A stretch of 64,000 nucleotides of DNA from Candidatus Binataceae bacterium (lineage in GTDB: Bacteria; Desulfobacterota; Binatia; Binatales; Binataceae), in contig JBEKJC010000005.1 in assembly GCA_050011435.1 (NCBI GenBank), forward strand, positions 45,941 to 109,940. Direction: 5' to 3'. Positions 19,453-29,283 of the stretch are shown in pieces. Positions within the stretch are counted from its first letter, which is position 1. Every line of letters begins with the position of its first letter. Both the position numbers and the translations under genes were made by a program. The notes beneath the pieces were generated by a model. It worked only from the letters and a program-made list of their open reading frames with translations, was not told the DNA's origin and did no database searches.

Positions 19453-19929
19453 CTACTTCCAGCCGAAGAAGTCGCGGGCATAAACGAATTTCCCGACGCC
19501 GCCCGCGCGCGCAGCCTGCTCGTCCACTTCCTGATCGCCCACCATCGTCGAGCCCTTGAGATCGACTCCGTGGATCTCCGCCAACTCCAGGATCATGCCG
19601 CCCTTGGGTTTGCGGCATTGGCAGCCGTCGGCATCATCGTGCGGGCAGATTTGCCATCCGGTCAGAATATCGCCCAACTGGCGGTCGAGGTCGAGGATCG
19701 CGGCCTCGACCTGGGCCAATCGAAAGCGCCCGCGCTTGACGCCGGCCTGATTGGTCACGACGAACATCAGATGGTCGTGGATCGGGGCGAGCTTTTCGCG
19801 CACGCCCGGCAGCAGTGTGACGGTTATGTTGCCTTGCGCGTCGATCGGGAGCTGGCGGGTCTCGTCCATCGCGACGAGCGTGCCGGCCAAGTCGAAAAAG
19901 AGCGCGATATTGCCCGCGTCGTGTGGCAT
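19453..19929 (-). CDS. HAD-IIIA hydrolase, D,D-heptose 1,7-bisphosphate phosphatase (GmhB)-like
   Basis: LFFDLAGTLV (DxD-type motif I region), VVTNQAG, the Zn-binding CPHxxxDxCxCRKP motif, and MVGDQEVD. Confidence 0.7.
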   Translation of the reverse strand: MPHDAGNIALFFDLAGTLVAMDETRQLPIDAQGNITVTLLPGVREKLAPIHDHLMFVVTNQAGVKRGRFRLAQVEAAILDLDRQLGDILTGWQICPHDDADGCQCRKPKGGMILELAEIHGVDLKGSTMVGDQEVDEQAARAGGVGKFVYARDFFGWK

Positions 19930-19932
19930 CGC

Positions 19933-21339
19933 TCAGTCACCGTTGCGCCAATCGGCATGGTCGCGCACGTGGGCAAAGACTTCGTCGAGAATCGAGATTC
20001 CGGCGTCGGCCTGCTCCTCGGTGATCACGAGCGGCGGGTTGATGCGCACGCGCGGGAAATAGCCCATGAGCAAGAGCCCGCGCTTGAGCGATTCGGTGAA
20101 GACCAGCTCCATGACCTTGCGGCCCAGCTCGCGCCGGGACTTGCGATCGCGCACGAGGTCGAGACCGATCAACAGGCCGCGTCCGCGTACGTCACCGAGA
20201 AATTCGTATTTCTCTTGCAGCTCAAGCAGCCGCTTGAGCATCACGGCACCGACCTTACGCGAATTCTCGACGAGCTTTTCCCGCTGGATCGTCTTGATTG
20301 TCGTCGCCAACGCCGCGGCCGCGAGCGGATTACCGCCGTAGCTCGAGGACGACGCGCTGGGCTTGGCGAACGGCTCGGCCTTGCCGATTTCATCGCTCAT
20401 GAGCACGCCCGAAATCGGAAAGCCCGAGCCCATGCCCTTGCCGACGGTGACGATATCTGGGGTCACGCCGCTGTGATCGACGCCCCACCATTTGCCGGTT
20501 CGACCAAAGCCGGTGATCATCTCGTCGGCGATCAGCAGTGCGCCGTTATCCCGCGCGACCGACTTGATCGCGGGCAGCCAATCGTCGGGCGGAATCACGT
20601 TACCGGCAGTACCCTGCATCGGTTCGGCGATCACTGCGGCGATCGCGCCGGCGGAGGAATTCTTGATCTGCTTGCGCGCGAATTCGACGCAATAGAGCCC
20701 GCAGTCCGGGTAGGTCATCTTGAACGGGCAGCGGTAACAGTCGGCGTAGGGCACCTGGTAACGACCGCCCGGCAGCGGCCCATAGCCCTGCTTGGATTCA
20801 TCGCCGATAAGCCCGAGCACGCCCATGGTCTTGCCGTGGAAGCCGCCCCAGAAGCTGACCACCTCATCCTTCTTGGTCACGGACCGCGCGAGCCTGAGCG
20901 CCGCTTCGACCGCCTCGGCGCCGCCGCTATACAGATGCGCGCGCTTCAGGTTGGCGGGCGCCACCTCGCTGATCAGCTTGAAGGCCTCGACGCGCTCGCG
21001 CGTCGCGAACGTCCCGACCATCAGGCGCGCCGCTTGTTTGGAAATCGCCTCGGCCAGCGCCGGATGTCCATGACCGAGGCTGGCGACCGCGACGCCAGCG
21101 AAGAAATCGACGTAGGTGTTGCCGTCGGCATCGGTCAAGGTCGCGCCGTTACCGTACTCAAAGGCAACACCCGCGAGCAGCGAGATCCGCTGGCGGCCGG
21201 GCGCGATATAGCGCTGCTCTTCGGCGAAGATCTCGCGCGATTTGGGGCCGGGCACCGGGGTTACGATTTTCGGCAGTTTGGCCTTGGCGGCCGCCCCGTC
21301 GTTAACGCGTTTTGAAGTTGAAACTTGCGCCGTCCTCAT
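19933..21339 (-). CDS. class III (omega-type) aminotransferase, PLP-dependent
   Basis: GGFHGKTMG, LLIADEMITGFGRTGKWWG and TVGKGMGSGFP, with the PLP-binding Lys. ATG 21339 is preceded by GGAG. Confidence 0.85.
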   Translation of the reverse strand: MRTAQVSTSKRVNDGAAAKAKLPKIVTPVPGPKSREIFAEEQRYIAPGRQRISLLAGVAFEYGNGATLTDADGNTYVDFFAGVAVASLGHGHPALAEAISKQAARLMVGTFATRERVEAFKLISEVAPANLKRAHLYSGGAEAVEAALRLARSVTKKDEVVSFWGGFHGKTMGVLGLIGDESKQGYGPLPGGRYQVPYADCYRCPFKMTYPDCGLYCVEFARKQIKNSSAGAIAAVIAEPMQGTAGNVIPPDDWLPAIKSVARDNGALLIADEMITGFGRTGKWWGVDHSGVTPDIVTVGKGMGSGFPISGVLMSDEIGKAEPFAKPSASSSSYGGNPLAAAALATTIKTIQREKLVENSRKVGAVMLKRLLELQEKYEFLGDVRGRGLLIGLDLVRDRKSRRELGRKVMELVFTESLKRGLLLMGYFPRVRINPPLVITEEQADAGISILDEVFAHVRDHADWRNGD

Positions 21340-21545
21340 CTCCTCATCATCCGTATGATCTTCCGCATGGCGCGCCAACCTTTTTTTCCGAAATGCTGGC
21401 GGCGCCGATGACCCGTAAGCACTGTCGTGCAATCGAGCGCAAGTCAAGTAGTGCTTAGGGTTCCGCCAACCGAGGGGGAGCAAGTTCCGGTCACAACGAA
21501 GGGCTCAAAATCGCCAGACGCTGCAAACTCGAAAGCAAGAGGCTC

Positions 21546-21568
21546 TTGAAACCTTTGAAAGGTTTCAA
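21546..21568. promoter_or_regulatory. palindrome TTGAAACC-N7-GGTTTCAA (copy C), ~210 bp upstream of the aminotransferase
   Basis: Perfect 8-bp arms with the same half-site as copies A and B. Confidence 0.4.
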
Positions 21569-21609
21569 ACCTCCCACGGTGAACCGGCGGGGCGCAGGGG
21601 TAGCGCGAT

Positions 21610-22455
21610 TTACACGGTGAGGTCGCGCATCGCCGGATGGCGGCGCAGGTGGCGCAGCGAACGGCGTGAGATCGCGCGGGCCGCCTCGGCGCGTACCCGG
21701 CTGAAGCTCGGCCAGTCGTTGAAGTCGATGATCGAGAAGCTGTCGCCCTTGAAGATCGCGTCGCCGCCCCAGACTTCCAGGCCGAGCGCCGACGCCGCAA
21801 TCGAGGTCGAACGATTGAGCGTACGCGTTTGCGCGTCGGTAAGATGAGCGCCGTTCTCTATAATCGCCGCAAAATATTCGCCGCCGCTCACGCCGTAGAA
21901 CTTGACGACCTCGCCGACCACCTCCTGCTGCACGAAGGCGAGTTGCACCCCGCGACGGTTAAAACGCATCAGGGTGGCCTCGAGGTGTTCGAGTCCCTCG
22001 ACCCGCTGAACGTCGAGCGGACCCAGTGCATGCAAATCGCCGCGCTTGACGTACATCGGGGAAGAAAGATCGATCGTGCGCAATGGCTTCAAGTCCAACG
22101 GCACCGCGGTATGTACGAGGACGCCCTCCGGCACCGGCACTCCGGCGCGCATCAGGCCGGCGCCAAGCAGATCGCGATAGCAGTTGCGGATCGCGAGCGC
22201 GGAGTTGATTACCACCGCACCGGTCTCTTCGGCCGCCGCAAGGCGCGCCAATCCGTGCGGCCCCTGGCACATCGCGAGCACTAGATGGGGCACGGGAAAC
22301 TCCCGCGCGGCAAAGCTGGCAGCGTCCAGCGCCGTCGCCTGCGCACCCGACGCTCGCAAATGATCGAGTACCGAGTCGAGAATCGCGGTGTCGGCCTCGA
22401 CCTTGCCCGGCGAATATTCCGGTTCGCGATAGACTCCCATCACCTGGATTTTCAT
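21610..22455 (-). CDS. ATP-grasp domain protein (RimK/CofF-like ligase fold)
   Basis: ~280 aa with a pre-ATP-grasp N-domain and a central YVKRGD...VQQEV...FYGV layout. RBS GAGGA before ATG 22455. Confidence 0.5.
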   Translation of the reverse strand: MKIQVMGVYREPEYSPGKVEADTAILDSVLDHLRASGAQATALDAASFAAREFPVPHLVLAMCQGPHGLARLAAAEETGAVVINSALAIRNCYRDLLGAGLMRAGVPVPEGVLVHTAVPLDLKPLRTIDLSSPMYVKRGDLHALGPLDVQRVEGLEHLEATLMRFNRRGVQLAFVQQEVVGEVVKFYGVSGGEYFAAIIENGAHLTDAQTRTLNRSTSIAASALGLEVWGGDAIFKGDSFSIIDFNDWPSFSRVRAEAARAISRRSLRHLRRHPAMRDLTV

Positions 22456-22495
22456 CGAATGCTCCGGTCCTCGCAGTGAGCCCGCAACAGCCGCA

Positions 22496-23227
22496 TCAGG
22501 GCCGCCCGCCCTGGTTTGCGACTAATGCGCGCGCCGCGTCGAGATCTGCCGCCTCGTCGACGTCGATCACACCCGTCAGCTCGATCCCGGCAATCCTCAT
22601 GCCTTCACCGATCAGCAGCGCCAGATACCGCCGCAGCGCATCCAGCCCGGCGGATCGGGCCTTGTCGCCGAACGCAAATATCCGCGTCGAGAAAAGGTAA
22701 ATACCCGCGGTCACCAATGCAGTTTCATGCCCCCCGAGACGGCTGATAACGCCATCGGCTGCCACTTCCGCAAACAGCGGATGCCGATCGCCGCGCCATT
22801 TTACCACGCCGAGTGCGCCGTCGAGAGCGCCCGGACGCGCGGGATCGGTAATTTCGAGCGCATGGTTGAGGAAGCGCGTCAATTCTGCCGACGCTATCAC
22901 CGCATCGACGGTCGTCATCAGGAAGCGCCCCGGCGCGAGACGTTCTCCCAGCGCGAGCAAGGATTCCATCGAATTAGCCGTGTCGCGCACGCAGATTTTC
23001 AGGTCGGGCGGCATCACCAGTCCGCGATCGCGAATCATCTGAGCGGTCTCCGAATTGACGATCGCATGCACCGGGCAGGCTCCCAGAGCCGCCAGCGCGA
23101 GTGACTGCCGCACCAGCAGCGTCTCGCCGCCGATCACGACCAACGGCTTGGGCACGCCGCCCGACGCGGCGCGCAGGCGCTCACCTCGCCCGGCTGCGAT
23201 AATCGCGCCGCTTAGTCCCGGTACCAT
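22496..23227 (-). CDS. sugar/alcohol-phosphate nucleotidyltransferase (NTP_transferase family)
   Basis: The N-terminal GAIIAAGRGERL glycine-rich loop typical of nucleotidyltransferases. ~240 aa. Confidence 0.7.
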   Translation of the reverse strand: MVPGLSGAIIAAGRGERLRAASGGVPKPLVVIGGETLLVRQSLALAALGACPVHAIVNSETAQMIRDRGLVMPPDLKICVRDTANSMESLLALGERLAPGRFLMTTVDAVIASAELTRFLNHALEITDPARPGALDGALGVVKWRGDRHPLFAEVAADGVISRLGGHETALVTAGIYLFSTRIFAFGDKARSAGLDALRRYLALLIGEGMRIAGIELTGVIDVDEAADLDAARALVANQGGRP

Positions 23228-23955
23228 TTCAGATGCTCCAACCCCGCCAACGTATCAATCGTGAAATCCGCGACTCCGTCGGCCGCGCCCTCGTTCGCGC
23301 CGTTAGCGTCAGAATGCCCCAGCCAGATCGCCGTGATTCCGAGCTTGCGGGCCGGGACGCAGTCCTTGCTTAACGAATCACCCACCATGGCGGTTTCAGC
23401 CGGCAGCGCACCTAGTTGTTCGAGCGCAGCAATGAAGAGACCCGGCTCGGGCTTGAATATTCCAATTCGGGACGAATCCGCGATCGCGCCGAAGAATCGC
23501 TTCAGATCGGCTTCGGCAAGAATGTTCTCCAGGTTTCCATAAAAATTCGAGACCACCCCCATCCGAAAACGGCCCGAGAGCGCGCCCAGCACCTCGCGGC
23601 TGATAGCGAACCCCTGGCGCGATTCGGCGACGAACGATTGCGTTATCCAGCCCGCGACTTCGTCCAGACGCATCCCACCGGCAGCCGCGGCGAGATTCTC
23701 GCGTAATTCCTCGGAACCGTGGCGCCCCAAAAAGCCGATTTGCAGACGCACCAGGTAATCCACCAGTTCGACCAATCCGTAGCCTGCAAGCGCTCGCGTC
23801 GAACGATAGGCGATGCGCGTCGCGTGGTCGAAGCCGTGGTCGAGTTCGGCGCGGGTCAGGTTGATACCGGCGGCGCGGTAATGCGCCAGAAAGCGGTCAA
23901 GCCAGTGGCGCGGATAGTCCAGCGTGCCGCCGAAATCGAACAGAATCGAGCGCAT
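23212..23955 (-). CDS. HAD-family hydrolase (phosphatase)
   Basis: ILFDFGGTL is motif I (DxG) and MVGDSLSKD is motif IV. Confidence 0.7.
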   Translation of the reverse strand: MRSILFDFGGTLDYPRHWLDRFLAHYRAAGINLTRAELDHGFDHATRIAYRSTRALAGYGLVELVDYLVRLQIGFLGRHGSEELRENLAAAAGGMRLDEVAGWITQSFVAESRQGFAISREVLGALSGRFRMGVVSNFYGNLENILAEADLKRFFGAIADSSRIGIFKPEPGLFIAALEQLGALPAETAMVGDSLSKDCVPARKLGITAIWLGHSDANGANEGAADGVADFTIDTLAGLEHLKWYRD

Positions 23956-24182
23956 CGTCGGCGAGAGTCTAACAGCAAATCGACCGTGGTCTCTACAATC
24001 CGCGGCTGACGATCGCATGCGACGGCGAGGATTAACGGCAACTTAACCTGCTCGCACTGGGGGGTCGTATGTGATTCTATGTACGGGATGCCCACCGGAA
24101 AAACCGTTAGAAAGTTACAGAATTATTGTGGCGTCGTTACATTGACTCAGCGGTCAGAATCACTTAAAAACCTGGTTCTAAA

Positions 24183-25361
24183 TTGACCGACTTGATTGAA
24201 ACCGCATTGATTTGTGCGCCTTCAAGGGCGCATGAAACTATCTTCGGACGCCCGTTACTCGAACGGCTGATGCTGCTTTGTTCGCGGGTCGGCGTTCGCC
24301 GCTTCATCGTCGAAGCGGATGCTTCCGGCAACGAGCACACCCGCGCCGCCCTCGGCAGTTTCGGCTCCAGTCCTCAGGTCACGATTGTCGATTCGATCAT
24401 GGCAGCCGGAAACTGGCGCAATGAAGTGGACCCGTCGGCGCCCTGCGTGGCCTTTCGTGGCAACCTGGTGATGGCGCAGTCGCAACTGCGGCGCGCGCTG
24501 GCGGATTACGGGGAGAATCCCGGCCGCGAATTGCGCGTCGTCAGCACCGACGACGATCATGGCGGCACGATCGAGGTCGGGTCGCTAAGCGCAATTTTGA
24601 ATGGCAATGGAAACGACGACGACGCGATCATCCAATCCCCGTCGGGCTACCTGCCGTTTGCGCTCAACGGCCGGCCCGAGGATCGTCACGAAGCCGAACT
24701 GCGGCTGGCCAAGTCGGTTCGGGTCGAAAGCCTCGAGACCGATGCGGTGCTCGCGCGGCTGCTCGACCGGCGGCTTTCGTGGCGGCTGAGCTATCGGCTG
24801 GCGCGCACCCGCGTGATGCCGAATCACGTGACGCTCGCGAACACCGCATTGGGCTTCGGCTGCGCCGCGATGCTGGCCTCGACCAGCTACTGGATACGGC
24901 TGGTCGGCGCCCTCCTCTTTCTGGTTTCGGTGACCCTCGACGGCGTCGATGGCGAATTGGCGCGGCTGCGTATGGTCGAATCGGAAGCCGGGGCGAAGCT
25001 CGACGTGCTGACCGACAACATCGTGCATGTCGCGATATTTATCGGGCTGATGATCGGCTGCTATCGTGGCAGCCACAGCACGGCATACTTCTACCTCCTG
25101 GCAATACTCCTTGGAGGATTCGGCGTCTCGGCGTTTGTGGTCAATCGCGCCCTGAATTTAAGCGGCGAACATGCGCAAAAGTGGATTGGCGCGGTCGAGC
25201 GGGCTACCGGACGCGATTTTGCCTACCTGGTAGTGGTCCTCGCGCTGTTCAACTGGCTTCCGATCTTCGCGTGGGGAGCCGCATTTGGTTCATGGATATT
25301 TGCGCTCAGCCTCTGGTGGCTGACGAATCGGCGCCGGGGAAACGCTGACGTGCGGGTCTAA
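24183..25361 (+). CDS. CDP-alcohol phosphatidyltransferase-family membrane protein with degenerate nucleotidyltransferase-like N-domain (IPCT/DIPPS-like architecture)
   Basis: The C-terminal membrane domain carries [10 protein letters not shown]...D, the CDP-OH_P_transf motif. The N-terminal ~180 aa are soluble and resemble an NTP-transferase fold but lack the Gly-rich loop. TTG start. Confidence 0.65.
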   Translation: MTDLIETALICAPSRAHETIFGRPLLERLMLLCSRVGVRRFIVEADASGNEHTRAALGSFGSSPQVTIVDSIMAAGNWRNEVDPSAPCVAFRGNLVMAQSQLRRALADYGENPGRELRVVSTDDDHGGTIEVGSLSAILNGNGNDDDAIIQSPSGYLPFALNGRPEDRHEAELRLAKSVRVESLETDAVLARLLDRRLSWRLSYRLARTRVMPNHVTLANTALGFGCAAMLASTSYWIRLVGALLFLVSVTLDGVDGELARLRMVESEAGAKLDVLTDNIVHVAIFIGLMIGCYRGSHSTAYFYLLAILLGGFGVSAFVVNRALNLSGEHAQKWIGAVERATGRDFAYLVVVLALFNWLPIFAWGAAFGSWIFALSLWWLTNRRRGNADVRV

Positions 25362-25396
25362 TACCCGTCTCAGCCGGCGCGCAGCAAGGAGGGTTT

Positions 25397-26722
25397 GTGA
25401 AGAAGCCGCGTATTCTTCTGGTTCAACCGACCACCGTTCATCTCGACGGCACCCCGCACAAGACGCGCTGGCGTCTGATTATGGGGTTGATGATTCCCCT
25501 GATGGCGGGCCTGACTCCAGACGACTTCGACGTCACATTGTGCGATGAACGGCTCGAAGATCTCGATTTCGATGGCGGCTGGGAGCTCGTCGGCATGACC
25601 ACGACGATCGGTGCGTCCCTGCGCGCATACCAGCTCGGCGATGAGTTCCGCAAACGCGGGATACCGGTCGTAATGGGGGGCTTTCACGCGACGTTGCAGA
25701 CCGAGGAGGCACTCAAGCATGCCGATGCAGTCGTGCAGGGCGAAGCCGACCTCGTGTGGGAACCGCTACTGCGCGACTGGCAGGACGGCAAACTCAAGCA
25801 GGTCTATAAGGCCGACAAACTCCACGATTTGAAAGGTCTGCCGCGCCCGCGTCACGAGCTGCTCAAACTGAACAAATACCTGTTCAAAGCGGTGCCGGTG
25901 CAGGCCAGCCGCGGCTGCCCTTATCGGTGCTCGTTCTGTGAGATTCCGGTCTTCTACAACGGCAGCTATCGGACGCGTCCGGTCAGCGAGATCGTCGAGG
26001 AAATCAAACAGGTGATGGCGGTGACCGGTTTTCGCCGGTTCCAGTTCATCGACGACCAGATCACCGGCAAGCACAAGTTCGCCAAGGAATTATTCCGCGC
26101 GCTGGCGCCGCTCAATATTCGCTTCTCGTGCCTGTGGACGGTCAACTCCAATCACGACGAAGAGATGCTCGAGCTGGCGGCCAAGGCGGGCGTATTCCAC
26201 GTCAACATCGGGGTCGAATCGATCAGCCAGGACAGCCTGCTGTCGATGAACAAGATTCAGAATCACACCAAGGACTACAAGAAACTGCTCAAGCGCCTCG
26301 AGCATTACGGGATTTACTACTCGCTCAACTTTCTCTTCGGGCTCGAGGACGACCATCCGCAGATTTTCGACGACACGCTTAAATTCCTGCACGAGGTCAA
26401 GGCGCCCGAGGCGTTCTTCAATACGGTGACGCCGCGCAAGGGCACGCCGATGCGCGATCAGCTCGAGGCCGAGGGCCGCGTGATCATCCCCGACGCCGAC
26501 ATGTACACGAACAACTTCCGCTGCATGTTCGTGCCGAAGAACCTCTCACCCCAGCAGGTCGAAGAGGGCGTCTGGCGCTGCACCAAGGAATTCTATTCGT
26601 TCAAATCGATGTTCAAACGGCTGCTGATGCCGCCGGGAAAATTCACCTGGCAGGGCCTAACCGAGAACATGCTGTTCTGGTACGGCGCCAAGCGCCAGGT
26701 CGATCCCGTCGATTACTATTAG
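25397..26722 (+). CDS. B12-binding radical SAM protein (class B rSAM-like)
   Basis: N-terminal cobalamin-binding Rossmann-like domain (ILLVQP...GMTT), then SRGCPYRCSFCEI, the CxxxCxxC motif. GTG start with AAGGAGG upstream. Confidence 0.85.
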   Translation: MKKPRILLVQPTTVHLDGTPHKTRWRLIMGLMIPLMAGLTPDDFDVTLCDERLEDLDFDGGWELVGMTTTIGASLRAYQLGDEFRKRGIPVVMGGFHATLQTEEALKHADAVVQGEADLVWEPLLRDWQDGKLKQVYKADKLHDLKGLPRPRHELLKLNKYLFKAVPVQASRGCPYRCSFCEIPVFYNGSYRTRPVSEIVEEIKQVMAVTGFRRFQFIDDQITGKHKFAKELFRALAPLNIRFSCLWTVNSNHDEEMLELAAKAGVFHVNIGVESISQDSLLSMNKIQNHTKDYKKLLKRLEHYGIYYSLNFLFGLEDDHPQIFDDTLKFLHEVKAPEAFFNTVTPRKGTPMRDQLEAEGRVIIPDADMYTNNFRCMFVPKNLSPQQVEEGVWRCTKEFYSFKSMFKRLLMPPGKFTWQGLTENMLFWYGAKRQVDPVDYY

Positions 26723-26811
26723 GAAATTACCGGTGCGGTTAGCCTGATTGGGCAGCCGCACCGGCGAACAACCTCAGACGCTCGAGCTCAGACTCTCGAG
26801 CCAATTGAGCG

Positions 26812-27186
26812 TCAGCCGGCGTTCGCGAGGCCGAGTTCACGCGGACGGTTGTGCTCGTCAACGTGGATCACGGTGGGTACATGGCGGCGGGCGCGAACCT
26901 CGTCCATCGGCGCGAAGGTCGCGACGATGATGATATCGCCAGCCTTGCCGCGCAGGGCCGCAGCGCCATTGAGTGCGACCTCGCCGGAGCCGGCGGGCGC
27001 CTCGATCGCGTAAGTTTCGAGCCGTTCGCCGTTGGTCACGTTCCAGACGTGAACCATCTCGTTTTCGATAATCCCGGCCGCTGCCAGCAGGTTGGTATCG
27101 ATTGCGATACTGCCCTCGTAGTCAGGGTCCGCGCCGGTCAGGTGCAGGCGATGAAGCTTGGATCGAAGCATGATGCGCATGGCCAA
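26812..27186 (-). CDS. panD: aspartate 1-decarboxylase
   Basis: MLRSKLHRLHLTGADPDYEGSIAID carries the pyruvoyl-forming Gly-Ser site. ~120 aa. Confidence 0.9.
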   Translation of the reverse strand: MAMRIMLRSKLHRLHLTGADPDYEGSIAIDTNLLAAAGIIENEMVHVWNVTNGERLETYAIEAPAGSGEVALNGAAALRGKAGDIIIVATFAPMDEVRARRHVPTVIHVDEHNRPRELGLANAG

Positions 27187-27312
27187 AAATTACTCCTCAC
27201 ATTCTGCACGCCGCATTCAAATCTCGCGGTCGCGCGATTTGTTTGATGAAGAACCCTGCCCTCACCCGCGTTCGCTGCGCGAACTTGCCCTCTCCCTGGA
27301 CAAGGTGAGGGG

Positions 27313-28170
27313 TTAAGACTGGGACGCGGGCGTCAGTACGACGTTGTCGATGAGCCGGGTCTTGCCGACGCGCGCCGCGATTGCGACCACGACCGCCCGA
27401 TCGAGTTTCTCCATCGGCTTAAGCGTTTCCGCATCCACCGCGCCGACGTATTCGATCTCCAGGCCCGGCGTGCGTTCGAGCACCGCCCGCGCGACGTCCG
27501 CGAGCTGCGCTGTGGTTCGTGCGCCTGACCTGACGCATTCATCAGCCGCCCGCAGCGCGCGGCTCAACGCGAGTGCCCGCTGACGCTCTTCTGGCGAGAG
27601 GTAGGCGTTGCGCGAACTCATCGCGAGGCCATCGGCTTCGCGCACCGTCGCTACTGGGACAATCTCCAGGTCGAAATTCAAATCGACCACCATCCGCTGG
27701 ATCGCGCGCAATTGCTGAAAGTCCTTCTCGCCGAACAACGCAAGGTGCGGCTTTACGATATTGAAGAGCTTGGCAACGACCGTCGTGACGCCGCGGAAAT
27801 GGCCCGGGCGATGGTCGCCGCATAGCCCCTTGGTCACCTCAGTCGCCTCGACCCAGGTCTGCGAGCCCGCCGGAAACATCACGTCGGGTTCGGGCGCGAA
27901 CAGCACGTCCACCGGCACCGTGCGCATCAGTTCGCAATCGCCCTCGAAGTTGCGCGGATAGCGCGAAAAGTCCTCGTTGGGGCCGAACTGCGTCGGATTT
28001 ACGAACAGCGAACTTGCAAGGTGACTGGCACGTTTGCGCCCCTCACGCATCAGTGTGAGATGGCCCTCGTGCAGGAAACCCATCGTCGGCACGAACGCGA
28101 GCGTCTCCCCACGCCGACGCGCGTCCTCAGACCAACGCTGCATGTCCGCGGGCGAGCCGATAATCTCCAC
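27313..28170 (-). CDS. panC: pantoate--beta-alanine ligase
   Basis: FVPTMGFLHEGHLTLM is the HIGH motif region. Typical PanC length from the GTG start at 28170. Confidence 0.9.
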   Translation of the reverse strand: MEIIGSPADMQRWSEDARRRGETLAFVPTMGFLHEGHLTLMREGRKRASHLASSLFVNPTQFGPNEDFSRYPRNFEGDCELMRTVPVDVLFAPEPDVMFPAGSQTWVEATEVTKGLCGDHRPGHFRGVTTVVAKLFNIVKPHLALFGEKDFQQLRAIQRMVVDLNFDLEIVPVATVREADGLAMSSRNAYLSPEERQRALALSRALRAADECVRSGARTTAQLADVARAVLERTPGLEIEYVGAVDAETLKPMEKLDRAVVVAIAARVGKTRLIDNVVLTPASQS

Positions 28171-28175
28171 GCCCG

Positions 28176-29006
28176 TCAGACTCCCTTGAGGCCGTAACTG
28201 TGCTCGGGGGTCGGAAAGGTGCGCTCGCGCACTTCGCGGATATAGCTGGTCGCAGCGGCCGATGCATCCTGCCACAGGTTGGCATAGGGTTTGGCGAAGC
28301 GCGGCAGGAACGATTCACTCAGTCCGAGGACGTCGTGCATCACCAGCACCTGACCGTCGCAGCCGACGCCCGCGCCGATTCCAATCGTCGGAATCGCGGC
28401 GCGCTCGGTGATTTCGCGAGCGAGCTCCGCCGGGATGCCCTCCAGCACCATCGCGAATGCGCCCGCCTGCTCGACCGCGGCGGCGTCTTCCAGCAGGCGC
28501 TCGCGGCATCCGGCACTCTTGCCCGATCGGCGCCCCTGCACACGATGGCCACCCATGCGATGGATCGATTGCGGCGTCAGACCAATATGGCCCATTACCG
28601 GAATATCAATGTCGACTACCCGGCGGATGGTCTCGGCCATCGTGATGCCGCCCTCGAGCTTGACCGCCTCGGCGCCGCCTTCCTTGATCAAGCGCCCCGA
28701 ATTGGCGAGCGCCTGCTCCACGCTGACCTGGTAGGTCAGGAACGGCAGGTCAGCGATGACCAGCGCACGCCGGCGCCCCCGCACGACCATGCGAGTGTGG
28801 TAGATGACCTCATCGAGCGTGACGGGCAGCGTGCTGTCAGCGCCCTGCACGACCATGCCCAGGCTGTCGCCCACCAACAGCAGGTCCACGCCCGCGTTGT
28901 CGAAGATGCGCGCGAAGGGAAAGTCGTACGCCGTCAACATTGCGATCGGCGTGCCCTCAGCCTTCATCCGGCCAAGGTCGGTAACGCGTACTTTGTCTTT
29001 CGCCAT
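28176..29006 (-). CDS. panB: 3-methyl-2-oxobutanoate hydroxymethyltransferase
   Basis: MLTAYDFPFA, DLLLVGDSLGMV and IPVMGHIGLTPQ motifs. Confidence 0.9.
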   Translation of the reverse strand: MAKDKVRVTDLGRMKAEGTPIAMLTAYDFPFARIFDNAGVDLLLVGDSLGMVVQGADSTLPVTLDEVIYHTRMVVRGRRRALVIADLPFLTYQVSVEQALANSGRLIKEGGAEAVKLEGGITMAETIRRVVDIDIPVMGHIGLTPQSIHRMGGHRVQGRRSGKSAGCRERLLEDAAAVEQAGAFAMVLEGIPAELAREITERAAIPTIGIGAGVGCDGQVLVMHDVLGLSESFLPRFAKPYANLWQDASAAATSYIREVRERTFPTPEHSYGLKGV

Positions 29007-29283
29007 GGTCCCGGCCACCTGTTCCTCTAACGCGAAAATGCGGAGCCGCCACTAACCGGCAACCCCGCATCGAAAGCGCAAATCCGAACTACGCGCTCAA
29101 GTTCCGCTCGGGGTCCCGGTCCTTGTGCGGATCCAGGCTTGGAGCCCAACCTTATGTCATTCGCCGCAGGCGCTAGCGCCTGAATTTAACCTCGTTCACC
29201 GATCTCGCCGGGCACGCAGCCTCAACGGACGAACCCTTTTAGCGCGAACCAATCATGAGGTAAAGCGCAATTCTGCGATGAAG

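Noticed and set aside
19411-21315. 634-aa ORF on the plus strand (also 17011-18630 +, 9580-11007 +, 15863-16813 +, 4554-5672 + and similar long antisense ORFs)
   Set aside because: They lie entirely antisense to genes with clear family signatures (aminotransferase, LLM, Ppx, PPGK, rSAM). Their translations are Arg/Ala/Gly-rich with no motifs. Such ORFs are expected in ~66% GC DNA, where stop codons are rare.
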